DNA of 34,342 nucleotides from Candidatus Omnitrophota bacterium (GTDB lineage: Bacteria > Omnitrophota > Gorgyraeia > Gygaellales > Profunditerraquicolaceae), in assembly GCA_028716305.1 (NCBI GenBank), contig JAQUQA010000001.1, positions 1 to 34,342 on the forward strand, written 5' to 3'. Position 1 is the stretch's first letter, and the number at the start of each line of letters is the position of its first letter. The position numbers and the translations under genes are program-made. The notes beneath the pieces are model-generated. The model saw only the letters and a list, made by a program, of their open reading frames with translations, was not told where the DNA came from and searched no databases. Below are positions 33,667 to 34,342 of the stretch, in pieces.

Positions 33667-34342
33667 TTTTTATAACCTCCCCTGTCCCTTGCAATCTTTC
33701 CTGAGGATACCAGCTGTCGCAGTTCCTGCAGGTCTGGTCGTTAAATATAAGGCTCTGCTGCTGCCGGCGCAGCTTCCGGTATGCCGGGCTGTTCCAGATA
33801 TCTTTTATCGATGAACCATTAAGATCTCCCATCGGCTCACCGCTCCAATCATGGTTACAGCGGCCGATCTTTCCGTCGCAAAATATCAGCAGCTCATAAA
33901 AAGGCATCACGCAGGGCACCCGGCCGCTTCTTTTTTTTGCCAGCGAACCGAACTTACCGTCCCGGGAATGTTCCTGGTATATCCTGACCAAGTCTACTTT
34001 ATCTCTCCAGATACGTTTGAATTCATCCGCGTTCTCATCGGGAGTATCGGCCGTCTTGACCATGGAAACCTGGGTCTTGACCCGCCCGGCATTCAGCTCC
34101 AGGAATCGCAGGATCTTCGACTCGACGTCAGGGTATTTCGCAGGTATCCTGGTCCGCTCAAAGACCGCCGGCGTATCGATGCTGAAAGAAATAAAGGTGT
34201 GCGAATCGATGATCGAGATTGACTTCTTGTCATCCAGAAGAGTGGCATTGGTAGCCAGCTGGACTTCCTTGAATTTACCTTTGACCAATTCGCAGATATC
34301 CCCAAACCGCGGATGCAGGAGACTCTCCCCCCTGCGGTGCAA
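33659..34342 (-). CDS. Radical SAM/SPASM-domain protein, C-terminal ~227 aa; the 5' end is outside the window
   Basis: The frame is open to the window edge. GESLLHPRF and QLATNATLLD are typical of the radical-SAM barrel. The Cys-rich SPASM-like tail is CVMPFYELLIFCDGKIGRCNHD...CRNCDSWY. The CxxxCxxC cluster would lie upstream of the window. Confidence 0.75.
   Translation of the reverse strand: MHRRGESLLHPRFGDICELVKGKFKEVQLATNATLLDDKKSISIIDSHTFISFSIDTPAVFERTRIPAKYPDVESKILRFLELNAGRVKTQVSMVKTADTPDENADEFKRIWRDKVDLVRIYQEHSRDGKFGSLAKKRSGRVPCVMPFYELLIFCDGKIGRCNHDWSGEPMGDLNGSSIKDIWNSPAYRKLRRQQQSLIFNDQTCRNCDSWYPQERLQGTGEVIKNA

Noticed and set aside
1-34342. A search for tRNA/rRNA genes, CRISPR repeats, IS elements, integrases, toxin-antitoxin pairs or defence-type genes.
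   Set aside because: No regularly spaced direct repeats were seen, and no terminal inverted repeats flank any ORF. There are no transposase, recombinase or nuclease-like translations. All ORFs of 60 aa or more that are not part of the main array are nested alternate-frame or antisense ORFs.

Overview
This 34.3-kb window is one uninterrupted minus-strand gene array of about 33 genes. Every junction overlaps (ATGA-type or 8-26 nt) or is separated by at most about 25 nt. It reads as a very large cell-surface glycan biosynthesis and decoration locus. I saw no rRNA, tRNA, CRISPR array, transposase, integrase or phage genes, and no intergenic space large enough to support a promoter or terminator call.

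In transcription order (high to low coordinates) the genes are:
- a partial radical-SAM/SPASM protein and an ArnB-like aminotransferase;
- a UDP-sugar-dehydrogenase-family protein that seems to lack the family's catalytic residues;
- an AsnB-type amidotransferase;
- a HisH-like/HisF-like/WbuX(PseA)-type acetamidino-forming trio, whose amidotransferase is broken by a frame change at an A7 run;
- two Zn-ribbon methyltransferases;
- a NeuB/PseI-type nonulosonic-acid synthase, a PseG-like protein and a WecD/PseH-like GNAT;
- an unassigned 535-aa GT-B-like protein;
- two more methyltransferases (one FkbM type), a GT4, a GT2, an ArnA-C-like SDR and a second WecD-like GNAT.

The part I find most unusual comes next. 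It consists of two modules in which a polyprenyl-phosphate-sugar-synthase-type GT2 is translationally coupled to one of two divergent paralogues of an unassigned ~12-TM, GT-C-like membrane protein. One of these modules also carries a WecE-like aminotransferase and a formyltransferase, which gives Arn-pathway-like logic. Two further PMT_2/ArnT-like GT-C proteins follow, then two GT4s, a methyltransferase and a second AsnB-type enzyme.

No Wzx/Wzy/Wzz, ABC exporter, initiating phosphoglycosyltransferase or CMP-sugar synthetase is visible in the window. All family assignments come from reading motifs by eye and from remembered reference sequences; none is a database result. The source organism cannot be determined from the window.
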